Below, piece by piece: positions 9,706 to 18,857 of a stretch of DNA of 64,000 nucleotides; the stretch's first letter is position 1, and each line of letters starts with the position of its first letter. The DNA comes from an uncultured Bacilli bacterium. GTDB taxonomy: Bacteria; Bacillota_I; Bacilli_A; RFN20; CAG-449. The DNA is taken from NCBI GenBank assembly GCA_947632435.1, contig CANRPC010000003.1:5326-69325 (forward strand), in the 5' to 3' direction. A program made the position numbers and the translations under genes. A model generated the notes under the pieces. That model was not told where the DNA came from. It did no database searches and saw only the letters and a program-made list of their open reading frames with translations.

Positions 9706-10620
9706 TTATGATTTATAATACTGTTCAAAATTCTCTGTTGTTCTTTCATTATATTGTTTTAACAATAACTTGAATTCATTATCAAGAACATCTAAAACAT
9801 TAATTTTTTCTATATCAATATTTGTGTTAGTTTCTTTACAAAGCATTACGTAAGACGTTCGCAAAACATAATATAACATTTGTGATAATTCAAAATAATG
9901 AAGCAAAGGATATCTACATATACTTATGTTACCATGCGAATATGAATGACACATTTTATGAAGTTTTTCTAGTCGTTCTAATAAAATGTTTTTTTCCTCA
10001 TCACTATCTTTTTTTAGATATTTAATTAATCCATCAAAAGAGTATGGATGAGTAGCAACAATCTGATGATAGTTTTCAATCTTATCAACCCATCCAAAAT
10101 GCAAATAATTAATCATGCTTTTTTCATTTTTGTTTATTCTATTTGTGTATTTATCACGAAATTCTTCAGTATAGCCCTCACCGCAATTTTCTTTACGAAC
10201 ATCGTAGTCGATAAAATCACCAAATTCTTTAATAACATTAGGTGTTTTATTAATTATCAAAAAATTAATGAAATATTCAATAGCACTTCTAGCACAAGAA
10301 TATGCAGAATCATGAAACCCATCTTCTATCAATGATAAAGTAGCTAAAGATTTATTGAATATTTGATTATAAAAACTACGGCTAAATGAAGAAAAGTTAG
10401 AATTTTGTAATATTGAATTTGCCTTAATAGTAATCACAAATAAATAATATAAAATAGGAAAATATATAAAATTATCACCAGATGTCACTTGTTGCTTTCT
10501 AAAAAACACATCACCATAAAACCGTAGTCTTATAGCATTCATAACTTCATCAACAAGCCTATTTACATATGCATCGTTATTTTGAAAACAGTTTCTTTCA
10601 TCAGGTTTAATAAAAATCAT
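9706..10620 (-). CDS. hypothetical alpha-helical protein with possible HEPN-like R-x4-H motif
   Basis: The ORF in the track starts at TTG 10641. ATG 10620 lies 8 nt after the upstream stop. It contains CRYPLLH (R-x4-H) and SYSHGN. No confident family assignment. Confidence 0.45.
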   Translation of the reverse strand: MIFIKPDERNCFQNNDAYVNRLVDEVMNAIRLRFYGDVFFRKQQVTSGDNFIYFPILYYLFVITIKANSILQNSNFSSFSRSFYNQIFNKSLATLSLIEDGFHDSAYSCARSAIEYFINFLIINKTPNVIKEFGDFIDYDVRKENCGEGYTEEFRDKYTNRINKNEKSMINYLHFGWVDKIENYHQIVATHPYSFDGLIKYLKKDSDEEKNILLERLEKLHKMCHSYSHGNISICRYPLLHYFELSQMLYYVLRTSYVMLCKETNTNIDIEKINVLDVLDNEFKLLLKQYNERTTENFEQYYKS

Positions 10621-10627
10621 TCTAGCT

Positions 10628-10879
10628 TTATGAATTCCCAATTTGACCAGTTATCATAGATTCAATAGATGGATTAATCTTAAACAATTCAAATAACTCA
10701 AAACAATACTTTTTTCTAACTATTTCAAGAACTCTTATTAAGAATGATTGCTTAATTTGTCCACTAAAAAGTCTTTTTAATGTTCGATTATTTTCTCTTT
10801 TCATCTCTTCTATAGAACGAATAGATTCTCTTAAATCAAATGGTTGATTCAAAATCAATTTTCCATAATCCTTATTCAC
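10628..10879 (-). CDS. small hypothetical protein (83 aa)
   Basis: Its GTG start shares one nucleotide with the TAG stop of the RNase III gene (10879). AGAGGA lies ~9 nt upstream. No motif recognised. Confidence 0.4.
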   Translation of the reverse strand: MNKDYGKLILNQPFDLRESIRSIEEMKRENNRTLKRLFSGQIKQSFLIRVLEIVRKKYCFELFELFKINPSIESMITGQIGNS

Positions 10880-11916
10880 TATTCATTATCCTCTTCTTCA
10901 TATTCATCTTTTAATCCACAAATATTGCAGATGCATAAATAAGCAGAATATTTCTTAGCTACCTTTTTAGATGTTGCATAGGCAGTCTCTTCAAATGAAT
11001 GACTTCTTATATAACAACTACACACCCATTTTGGATCACCATTATCATCGTATACTTGATTCTCTGATATACTATACTCCGGCATTGAAATATATCCTTT
11101 TTGGGCTAATTCTTGAAGAGTATTAATTGCATTTTCTAGTGTTAATTCTTCTGGTAATTCATCCATTATAGTAAATAATTCATCATTTTCAGCTAAATCG
11201 TCATAAGCAGATTCTGCCACTAAAGCTCTAGCTTCTGATTTACTATCACCATCTTCATAATAATGCATCCTACCTCTTGGTGTTTCTAAATACAAATGTG
11301 CTCTAAACCCACCATCATCAAGTTCTTCAAACTCATACTCTGGAATTTCACAATTTTCTTTTTGATTCCATTGTTGAATTAAAGCAACATAATCACCTTC
11401 ATCAGTTATCCCATTATTTAGATAGTGATCCATATTCAACATAAAATTTACCACGTTTTCTAATTCATCTGAATCCCATCCACTATCAATTGCAATAGCA
11501 CCTAGTATTGCTTCAAATAGATCTTCTTTAACTGAATCTTCTTCTTGTTGGTTTGATTGAATATCACCATTTCCCATGTATAAATATTCATTAAATCCCA
11601 TCTTATCAATCCTATGTGCAAGCATCTTTTTATTAACAAGTTTCTTTTTAATTTCAGTCAGGCTGCCTTCGGTTTTATATTTACGAGTTAAAAACTCACC
11701 ATCATCATTCTGATAGCCAAACCGATCCATTAAAATTTTAGTGACATAAAAGTCTAGTACCCTATCCCCAACAAATTCAAGTACTTCATTGTTTGCTCCA
11801 CCATTTTCTTGTGAATAAGAGCGTCTTGTGAATGCTTGAAACAAAAGTTCAGGTTCATTAAACCAGTAACTAATTTGTCTTTGAACATCCTCAAGATAAT
11901 CATTTAAATCTTTCAT
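10879..11916 (-). CDS. RNase III-domain protein with two C-terminal dsRBD-like units
   Basis: Has the RNase III signature NEVLEFVGDRVLD and a second catalytic block EDLFEAILGAIAIDSG. Two dsRBD-like stretches each end in a SK..A....A pattern: DSKSEARALVAESAYDDL and TSKKVAKKYSAYL. GGAGGA RBS precedes ATG 11916. Confidence 0.75.
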   Translation of the reverse strand: MKDLNDYLEDVQRQISYWFNEPELLFQAFTRRSYSQENGGANNEVLEFVGDRVLDFYVTKILMDRFGYQNDDGEFLTRKYKTEGSLTEIKKKLVNKKMLAHRIDKMGFNEYLYMGNGDIQSNQQEEDSVKEDLFEAILGAIAIDSGWDSDELENVVNFMLNMDHYLNNGITDEGDYVALIQQWNQKENCEIPEYEFEELDDGGFRAHLYLETPRGRMHYYEDGDSKSEARALVAESAYDDLAENDELFTIMDELPEELTLENAINTLQELAQKGYISMPEYSISENQVYDDNGDPKWVCSCYIRSHSFEETAYATSKKVAKKYSAYLCICNICGLKDEYEEEDNE

Positions 11917-12183
11917 AAAATCCTCCGTTCAATTGTCAGGAAGATAAACAAAAAAAGTCCATAAAATAGGTACACTATTCCCACTAGAACGGATTGTACC
12001 TTCATCATAAGCTTTTAACTTTGCAAAATGTTTATATAAACCACTATTTATTTAATCAACACTCATTTGCATAAGAATCATTAAATAAATCTTGTTTTAT
12101 ATCCCGATTTTGAGACCATCAAAGCCATTTATCTTTTGACAAAAATATTTTACTCCAAGTATTATAAAAAATCTACTATTTAG

Positions 12184-12212
12184 AAGAAAAAACGTCGATG
12201 CGTCGACGTTAT
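12184..12212 (-). terminator. rho-independent terminator downstream of the ATPase/RloB operon
   Basis: GC-rich 8-bp stem aacgtcga/tcgacgtt (12191-12198 / 12203-12210) with a 4-nt loop. It is followed on the minus strand by a T-run. Confidence 0.6.
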
Positions 12213-12322
12213 TTAACTATAAGTTTTTTCTTAAAATCATTCATAATAATTCTAAATCAGTTCTTTCGCAAACAAGTAAATTCTTAGCTAAAGCCAAAAT
12301 CTTAATAAAAGCAATAATGAAA

Positions 12323-13360
12323 TTATTTATCGTAAATTTTATCTATATCTTCTAAAGAAACCAAAATACTTCTCTTTTGACCTGGAAATCGTTTACTTAA
12401 TATACCTTTGTTCTCAAAGATTCTAAAAAGATGTTTTGCGTATATTTCTGAAATACTCGCCATTTCCATGAATGGTTTTATATTTACAATGCTTTTACTA
12501 ACTATTAAGCATGCATATTCTTTCTCCTGCTCATATTTTTTATTTTCAATGGATTCAAGATAGTCTTTCAATAATTTAAAATTATCAATTTCCTTTGCAA
12601 ATCCTTTTATATAGCAGATAATCGTGTACATAATTGTCGCAAAATAATTAATTATAACGTGATAGTTTTCTTCACAAGTTCCAGTGCATAAGTTTTTGCT
12701 CTTATAAATTTTTAACATATATAAAGGATGTAAAGTTATGTCATTAACTTCCCATGTAGAATTTTCTTTTTTAAAAGTTTTTATGTTTCTAATTAAATTT
12801 TCTAACATTAATTTATTAAAATTGCATTGGATATACTCCATTGTATTTTGTGAAAATTTGCTGTCATAGTATTGATTTAATTCGTTTTTATATCCAATAA
12901 AGGAATTAGATTCATATTTTCTATTAAAATCATATTCTGCGATGGATTCAATGCATGGTACACTCAATACCAATAATCCATCACTCATGTTAGAAAACTT
13001 TTTATAAGCCGCTTCTATTTCATCAATACTATTGTGATCTGAATCATAAACAATAAAAATACCAGCAAAATATACATTAGGTTCAAAAAACAGTCTATTA
13101 ATTGATTCAGAACTGATTTCAATATCATCTTTATTTTTTGAAAAAATTAAATCTTTAAGTCTATTTTTAGGGCCTTGAATGACAAATACATTTTCTTTTT
13201 CATTGGAAAACTGTATTTTCTTAAAATCACCATTAAAAGATAAAGGTGTTGGATATACGACAACATCTAAATCATATTGACGTAATACAAATTCAAAGAT
13301 ACTTGGTTCGGTTTTTGATCCTTCAACAATAATCAAATAATTACGTTTTCCTGAGATCAT
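12323..13360 (-). CDS. RloB-like / Toprim-type protein with C-terminal wHTH-like tail (AbiLii / AriB-like partner)
   Basis: The N-terminus YLIIVEGSKTEPSIFEF matches the RloB-family (I.CEG..TE..YF) Toprim-like start. It begins 3 nt after the ATPase gene stop. The C-terminus ISEIYAKHLFRIFENKGILSKRFPGQKRSILVSL looks like a winged helix. Confidence 0.55.
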   Translation of the reverse strand: MISGKRNYLIIVEGSKTEPSIFEFVLRQYDLDVVVYPTPLSFNGDFKKIQFSNEKENVFVIQGPKNRLKDLIFSKNKDDIEISSESINRLFFEPNVYFAGIFIVYDSDHNSIDEIEAAYKKFSNMSDGLLVLSVPCIESIAEYDFNRKYESNSFIGYKNELNQYYDSKFSQNTMEYIQCNFNKLMLENLIRNIKTFKKENSTWEVNDITLHPLYMLKIYKSKNLCTGTCEENYHVIINYFATIMYTIICYIKGFAKEIDNFKLLKDYLESIENKKYEQEKEYACLIVSKSIVNIKPFMEMASISEIYAKHLFRIFENKGILSKRFPGQKRSILVSLEDIDKIYDK

Positions 13361-13363
13361 AAT

Positions 13364-14527
13364 CTAATCCTCTATATCAAACAATTTTCCAAAATACATT
13401 TTTTCAATATTATTAATTTCTCTAATATTAGGATAAATTTGTGATAGTCTATAGTAAGTTGAATATCCTCTATTCCATTTAGCAAAATAAATTTGATCTG
13501 GTCTTAAATGTTGAAGAATATGCGTATTATGAGAAGAAAATACTAATTGAATACTTTTCTTCTTAACAACATTTAAGAAAGAGACTATTGCTGTTGGATG
13601 CAATGCCAATTCTAATTCATCAATAAATAACACACCATTTTCTGGTAGTGATAGTAAAATTGATAGCAACAAGCTTTGATTTCTCATACCATCAGAAATC
13701 ATAGTTAAAGGTAATTCAGCATTTTCAAGTCCTTCATATTTTATAAAGAAAGGATTTTGGCTATTTAAACCAGGTCGTGCTTCTTTTTTTATAATTGAAT
13801 ATATTGGAAATTCATCATAGTCTTTCAATATATCTTTCACTTCTTCTGATTTTGATACCATCAAATCAGCAACAGACATATTATTAAATATTTTTGATGA
13901 AACATATGCTCCTGCAGCTTGACGTGGCAAATCCACAAAGGTAAAAGAAGTTATAAACTTATAAGCGTTTTGAATTCTATCATCATTTATTTCTATAGAA
14001 GCAAGATATCTTAATGTCGGAACCAATAAAGAACGATTTTCTATTTCAATTTTTGTAACTACATTTTTAAATTTTTCGCTATTTATTTCTCTTTCAAATA
14101 TATACTCATCATTAACTTTTAAGTATTCATTTTCTATCCTATTTAATGGGCTTGTAGAAATGAAGTATTTATATTGCTCGTCTCCTATAGAAAAATCAAT
14201 TAAAATACTTCCATTAATCGGTTTCACATTTTTATATTCTTTTTGGTCTTGTTCTGCTTTTTTTAGTTTGTCTATATATTCTTTAAGATCAAATTGATTA
14301 ACTACAAATGGGACTAAGTTATCAACTGGACTAATCATTAAAAATATTAATTGTTGGATTCCTTTAAAAAAGGATGATTTACCACTTCCATTATGTCCAT
14401 ATATTGCGATAGGATTTACTCTTCCATTTAAAATATTATCTTCTAAAAATTTGTAATTTTTTTTAGAAAAATCAATTTCGCAAGTTCCTATGGAATTGAT
14501 ATTTTTTAAAACTATCTTATTAATCAT
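13364..14527 (-). CDS. AAA_21-type ABC-like ATPase (AbiLi / AriA / RloA-like)
   Basis: Walker A is IYGHNGSGKSSF, Walker B is VLFIDELELALHP, and FSSHN follows. It sits immediately upstream of the RloB-like gene. Confidence 0.7.
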   Translation of the reverse strand: MINKIVLKNINSIGTCEIDFSKKNYKFLEDNILNGRVNPIAIYGHNGSGKSSFFKGIQQLIFLMISPVDNLVPFVVNQFDLKEYIDKLKKAEQDQKEYKNVKPINGSILIDFSIGDEQYKYFISTSPLNRIENEYLKVNDEYIFEREINSEKFKNVVTKIEIENRSLLVPTLRYLASIEINDDRIQNAYKFITSFTFVDLPRQAAGAYVSSKIFNNMSVADLMVSKSEEVKDILKDYDEFPIYSIIKKEARPGLNSQNPFFIKYEGLENAELPLTMISDGMRNQSLLLSILLSLPENGVLFIDELELALHPTAIVSFLNVVKKKSIQLVFSSHNTHILQHLRPDQIYFAKWNRGYSTYYRLSQIYPNIREINNIEKMYFGKLFDIED

Positions 14528-14658
14528 ATCTTTAATCTCCTATACTGTATATTTTATACACTTATATATTATCATAAGACTTTATATAAATAAAGTATTT
14601 GATAAAAATGTATGATTTATACACTTTTAATATGCTATCCTCAGACATCATTAATGCA

Positions 14659-16167
14659 CTAATCCATTACTTTGCTTATTTTATAGATGAAATTAAATTT
14701 ATATTTATTACCATCAAATATAATATCTACTCTTTCAATAAGTTTCCTGACCAAATCTAAATCATTGCATTCACTAGACAAAGATTTTATTTTATTTATA
14801 AATTTGCGAATTTCATTTTTAGATATTTTCGATTCCTCTATTTTATGATTAACAATCATCAGTTTTTCTTCTAACTCCTGTTGCTCTTTTTGTAGTTTCT
14901 CGCGTGATTTATTAAATTCATAAAGAGTTATATTCTCTAGAGCATAATTTTCAAACAATTTTTTTAGACTTAAATTTAATTGAGATAATCTTCTTTCAAT
15001 ATTTTCTTTTGTTTCTAGTTGAAGTTTCATATCATCCGTTTTAATAAACGATTGAATCGAATTTTCGTCCAATTTAATGGAGTTAATTAATTTGCTTATT
15101 TCTTGAAATATGACTTTATGAACGAAATCCGCTCGAATGGATTTTCTTGGCTTAGTATTTGTCACATAAAGATGATGTCCCCATTTCATATATGGAGCGG
15201 TTTTCCAATATCTCAATCTTTCACCATTTAAAAAAATCATTCCTTTTAGTCTCTCTTGATCTAATGTCAAAGAAACTTTTTTTTGCTTCTGTTTTAATAT
15301 CTTATTTGCCAATTCAAAAGTTTCTTTATCAACAATAGCAGGGTGAGCATTTTCTATCCTTTTTACTTCAACATTTCTTCGATGTGATTTATTGAGATTA
15401 ATCGCTACTCCTACATACTCTTCATTTTTGATGATTCTTAAGATTGTTGTTTTATCCCACTTATAGGGATTTTTTTTATATTTATCCTTTAATCGATATC
15501 CTTTTTTTATTTTGTAAACTGTGGGAATCCATATTTTTTCTTCTTCTAAAGTTTTTGCAATTTTAGTTATACCATAACCTTGGATATACAAAGCAAAGAT
15601 TTTTTTCACAATTATAGATGATTCATCATCAATAACAAGTTGATGGCTTTCATCAAATTTATATCCATATAATGGCTCTGTACCTATATCTTTTTTTGTA
15701 GCTAGAAATTCATAAGTTCGATTTGCTTTTTTCTTGCAATCTTTTAAATATCGGTCATTCATAAAACAACGTAAAAGATAAGAATCGTCTTCATTTGTCG
15801 CTGAATCATAATGATCAGAAATGGCAATAAAACGAATCTTCTTTTTAGGGAATATTTCTTCTAAATACTCACCAACTTCAATTAGATTTCTTCCAAATCT
15901 AGACAAATCTTTTACTATAATACAGTTAAACTTCTTGCGATTTAAGTCATCGATAAGTTCTTGAAATTTAGGACGGAAAAAGTCTTTTCCTGAAAAGCCA
16001 TCATCTATATAAGTTTTATAAATGTAAAATCCTTCTTCTAAAGCGTAATCGCTTAAAAGATGGATTTGATTTTGAATCGACCTGGAATAATCTTTCTTTT
16101 CTTCATCTTCTTCAGATAGTCTTATGTATAGAGCTGCAATCTTGTTGTTTATTAGTGTTTTGTTCAT
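14659..16167 (-). CDS. large serine recombinase (no Cys-type zinc ribbon visible)
   Basis: The N-terminus AALYIRLSEEDE....SIQNQ...L..Y and DDGFSGKDF.RP.F form the resolvase catalytic domain, followed by a recombinase domain and a coiled-coil tail. AAGGGG RBS precedes ATG 16167. It overlaps the upstream recombinase gene by 56 nt. Confidence 0.85.
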   Translation of the reverse strand: MNKTLINNKIAALYIRLSEEDEEKKDYSRSIQNQIHLLSDYALEEGFYIYKTYIDDGFSGKDFFRPKFQELIDDLNRKKFNCIIVKDLSRFGRNLIEVGEYLEEIFPKKKIRFIAISDHYDSATNEDDSYLLRCFMNDRYLKDCKKKANRTYEFLATKKDIGTEPLYGYKFDESHQLVIDDESSIIVKKIFALYIQGYGITKIAKTLEEEKIWIPTVYKIKKGYRLKDKYKKNPYKWDKTTILRIIKNEEYVGVAINLNKSHRRNVEVKRIENAHPAIVDKETFELANKILKQKQKKVSLTLDQERLKGMIFLNGERLRYWKTAPYMKWGHHLYVTNTKPRKSIRADFVHKVIFQEISKLINSIKLDENSIQSFIKTDDMKLQLETKENIERRLSQLNLSLKKLFENYALENITLYEFNKSREKLQKEQQELEEKLMIVNHKIEESKISKNEIRKFINKIKSLSSECNDLDLVRKLIERVDIIFDGNKYKFNFIYKISKVMD

Positions 16168-17803
16168 AAATAAAACCCCTTATTACTTCATCCGCGTATT
16201 TGTATTCAATCGTTATTTGAATTCCTTTATCTGCATGGTAACGCTTATTTGTCTTCTTTTGACCTATATAAATCTTATTTATCAATGATAAGATAAGTTC
16301 TTCTTTCATATCTTCAATCGAATCTAGTTTGCTATTTATAAACAAAGATAGAAGTCTTTTTGTATTAGATACAAAATCAATATTTTCTATTTTTGTTTTT
16401 AAGTTTAAAAGCTCATCTAAACGTTTTTGAATTTCTATTTGTTTGTCTCTATATTCTTTGGAGCGACTATTATATTCAGACAAAGTAATATGGTCCATTC
16501 CATAGAGTTCAAAAAGTTTCTTTAAAAAAACATCGTATTTTGCAAATTCTTTATTTAATAACTCTATTTCTTCCATGTGTGAATTAGGGATGTTTTTTTT
16601 AATATTTTCAATATTAGAAGCAAATTGAAGAATAGAATCTTGATGTAGAAGAAAATATTCTTTAAATTGTTTTAATTCTTCAAATAATACTTGATGTAAA
16701 AATTCATTTGTTACTCTTGGTTTTATAACACATTCTGTGTTTTTACAATAAATTGTCCCTTTTTCCGTGGGTCTTTTTATAGATTGATTCTTTTTAAAAA
16801 CTAATTTCTTTTTGCAACTCGCACAATAACAGAGCCCTCTTAAAGGATCAAGTGATTTAAGTTCATGAGCATATTTATATTTATTTCTTAATTCTTGAAC
16901 TTGCTGATAGGTATTTTTATCTATAATAGGTTCAAAAGCGTCTTCAAAATAGTAACGATCATCTGTTTTATTTTTTATTTTATTATGTATTTTAAAGGAT
17001 ATTTTAGTGGTTTTAGCTGTAACTAAACATCCTGTATAGTCAATTGTAGATATAATCGTTTCAACAGTATGCATTTTCCAGTTATATTTTTTATCTTCAT
17101 CTAATAGGTCAATCTTACTTCCCATTTTTCCATAAGTGAAGTAATTGTAATATGCTGGTGTTAAGACCTTTTCTTTTCTTAAATTCTGACATATTTCTTT
17201 GAGAGATTTCCTATCAATTAAAAATTCATGATAAATTCTTTTTACAATAAGCGCAGTTTCTGGATTAATCATTCTTTGTCCTTCTTGATTGAAGGAATAT
17301 CCATATAATGGATAGGCACTTCTTTTTTGAATCCCCTTTTTTTGTTGATAGTTTTTCGTTGCACGAACTTTTTTTGAAATATCTTTAGCATAGAATTCGT
17401 TTATGACATTCTTTAAAGGGACAAAATCATCACTATCACCATTTATAGAATCATAGTTATCATTTATCGCAATATATCTTATATTTTTTTTCGGAAAGTA
17501 TTCTTCAATATAGTATCCAGAAGTGATATAGTTTCTTCCCAATCGAGATAAATCTTTCGTGATTACTAAATCAATTCTCTCTTCTTCAATATCTTGAATC
17601 ATTCGTTTAAATCCTGGCCTATTAAATGATGTTCCTGTGTATCCGTCATCAATATAATAGTCAAAGATTATCCAACCTTTTTTTGTGACGTATTCGGTGA
17701 TAAAAGCCTTTTGATTCGTGATAGAATTTGATTCTTTGAATTCTTCATCTTCACGAGATAATCTACAATATATTGCTACATTATAGTTTAATTTGGCTTT
17801 CAT
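16112..17803 (-). CDS. large serine recombinase (with CxCxxC...CxxxxC zinc ribbon)
   Basis: Has VAIYCRLSREDE....SITNQ and DDGYTGTSFNRPGF, the zinc ribbon LCYCASCKKK...YCKNTEC, and a long coiled-coil C-terminus. Confidence 0.85.
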   Translation of the reverse strand: MKAKLNYNVAIYCRLSREDEEFKESNSITNQKAFITEYVTKKGWIIFDYYIDDGYTGTSFNRPGFKRMIQDIEEERIDLVITKDLSRLGRNYITSGYYIEEYFPKKNIRYIAINDNYDSINGDSDDFVPLKNVINEFYAKDISKKVRATKNYQQKKGIQKRSAYPLYGYSFNQEGQRMINPETALIVKRIYHEFLIDRKSLKEICQNLRKEKVLTPAYYNYFTYGKMGSKIDLLDEDKKYNWKMHTVETIISTIDYTGCLVTAKTTKISFKIHNKIKNKTDDRYYFEDAFEPIIDKNTYQQVQELRNKYKYAHELKSLDPLRGLCYCASCKKKLVFKKNQSIKRPTEKGTIYCKNTECVIKPRVTNEFLHQVLFEELKQFKEYFLLHQDSILQFASNIENIKKNIPNSHMEEIELLNKEFAKYDVFLKKLFELYGMDHITLSEYNSRSKEYRDKQIEIQKRLDELLNLKTKIENIDFVSNTKRLLSLFINSKLDSIEDMKEELILSLINKIYIGQKKTNKRYHADKGIQITIEYKYADEVIRGFIYEQNTNKQQDCSSIHKTI

Positions 17804-17822
17804 AAAATCACCCTTTCTTCAC

Positions 17823-17972
17823 TTATTTTTGTTCTTTTGTCTCTTGATTTTGGAGATAACGAACTAAACTTTGTAAAAGAGAAATTTCTGTACTAGCAAA
17901 TGTCCTTTTTACTTCTACTTCCTTTCCATCAACAGTAATCCTATAAATAATAGGAATTTCTTGTTCTAACAA
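17823..17972 (-). CDS. possible small ORF (49-52 aa) upstream of the recombinase pair
   Basis: Below the track cutoff. Hand translation gives (V)NALLEQEIPIIYRITVDGKEVEVKRTFASTEISLLQSLVRYLQNQETKEQK, with TTG 17972 or GTG 17981 as start and GAGGTG nearby. It vaguely resembles the small TnpW-like proteins that accompany serine recombinases. Confidence 0.3.
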   Translation of the reverse strand: MLEQEIPIIYRITVDGKEVEVKRTFASTEISLLQSLVRYLQNQETKEQK

Positions 17973-18059
17973 AGCATTCACCTCAATTCAATTTATGAAA
18001 TGTTAATCTCTTAACATACCTAAATTGTTTAAGATGAAATTGTGCAACTAACGCATATT

Positions 18060-18308
18060 TTATTTAATATTTAATTTTTCTAATTGGCTTCGACGAACAG
18101 TTATTGTAACAAGTTCATCTTTTTTCTTGTCTTTCCAAGTCCCTACTTTTCTAATAATTAATTGGTTATTTTCTAAAAATATGGAAACTAAATCACCAAC
18201 TTCAAAGCCTAATTTCTTAAACCATTGTTCTTGAATGATTAAAGAGGGATTATTTTCAGAACCTCTTTGATGGCATATTGTAAGTTGTCTTTCTGATTTA
18301 TTATTCAT
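18060..18308 (-). CDS. SymE-like (AbrB/SpoVT-fold) type I toxin family protein
   Basis: IIQEQWFKKLGFEVGDLVSIFLENNQLIIRKV fits the SymE pattern (L.G.WL...GF..GD.V.V....G.L.I). The protein is 82 aa. Confidence 0.55.
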   Translation of the reverse strand: MNNKSERQLTICHQRGSENNPSLIIQEQWFKKLGFEVGDLVSIFLENNQLIIRKVGTWKDKKKDELVTITVRRSQLEKLNIK

Positions 18309-18322
18309 TTGTATTTCCTTCC

Positions 18323-18430
18323 TAGCGTTTATATAACGCTTTATACTTATTTTAGCGTATTAAATACATATAGTCAACGCTTTTCATTCATTTTAGCGTT
18401 TAAAATACGCAAGAAGTTTGTAATAACGTT
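18323..18430. promoter_or_regulatory. divergent promoter region with repeated TAGCGT/AACGCT operator-like motifs
   Basis: TAGCGT occurs at 18323, 18353 and 18394. AACGCT occurs at 18335 and 18376. There is a palindrome agcgtt-tatat-aacgct at 18324-18340, and aacgtt at 18425. Confidence 0.45.
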
Positions 18431-18466
18431 TAAAATAATATAAAATAGGTACTAGGTGAAACAATT

Positions 18467-18841
18467 ATGAATCGTTTAAAAGAATTAGCGGATGAGTTTA
18501 AATTGAGTTCCTATGATTTTCAAAAAGAGATGAATATTTCTAGGAACATTGTTTTTAATATATATAATAATCGAACAACTTTTGATGTTGAAAAGTTGAA
18601 TACTTTTTGTGAGTATTTTCAAGTAACAGCAGATTATTTCCTTTGTAAATCAAACGAAGGAATCTATGTAAATGTATTGGGTCATAGATATATTTTATCC
18701 AAGGAAAAATTTCTCTTATATCGTGAGATGGGCAAAATTACTTATATTGATAAAAAAAGAACTTTAGCTGTCAAATCACTTGATGAGATTAGGTTTGTCA
18801 ATCACAAAGTTCCTTGCATTGAATTAATTGAAGAATTTTAA
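18467..18841 (+). CDS. XRE-family helix-turn-helix regulator
   Basis: The N-terminus LKELADEFKLSSYDFQKEMNISRNIVFNIYNN is a Cro/C1-type HTH. Confidence 0.7.
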   Translation: MNRLKELADEFKLSSYDFQKEMNISRNIVFNIYNNRTTFDVEKLNTFCEYFQVTADYFLCKSNEGIYVNVLGHRYILSKEKFLLYREMGKITYIDKKRTLAVKSLDEIRFVNHKVPCIELIEEF

Positions 18842-18857
18842 AGCAATGAGGCTTTTT

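Noticed and set aside
16112-16167. The 56-nt overlap of the two large serine recombinase ORFs as a frameshifted single gene.
   Set aside because: The downstream ORF has its own AAGGGG RBS, an ATG and a complete N-terminal catalytic domain. The upstream ORF already has a full-length coiled-coil C-terminus.
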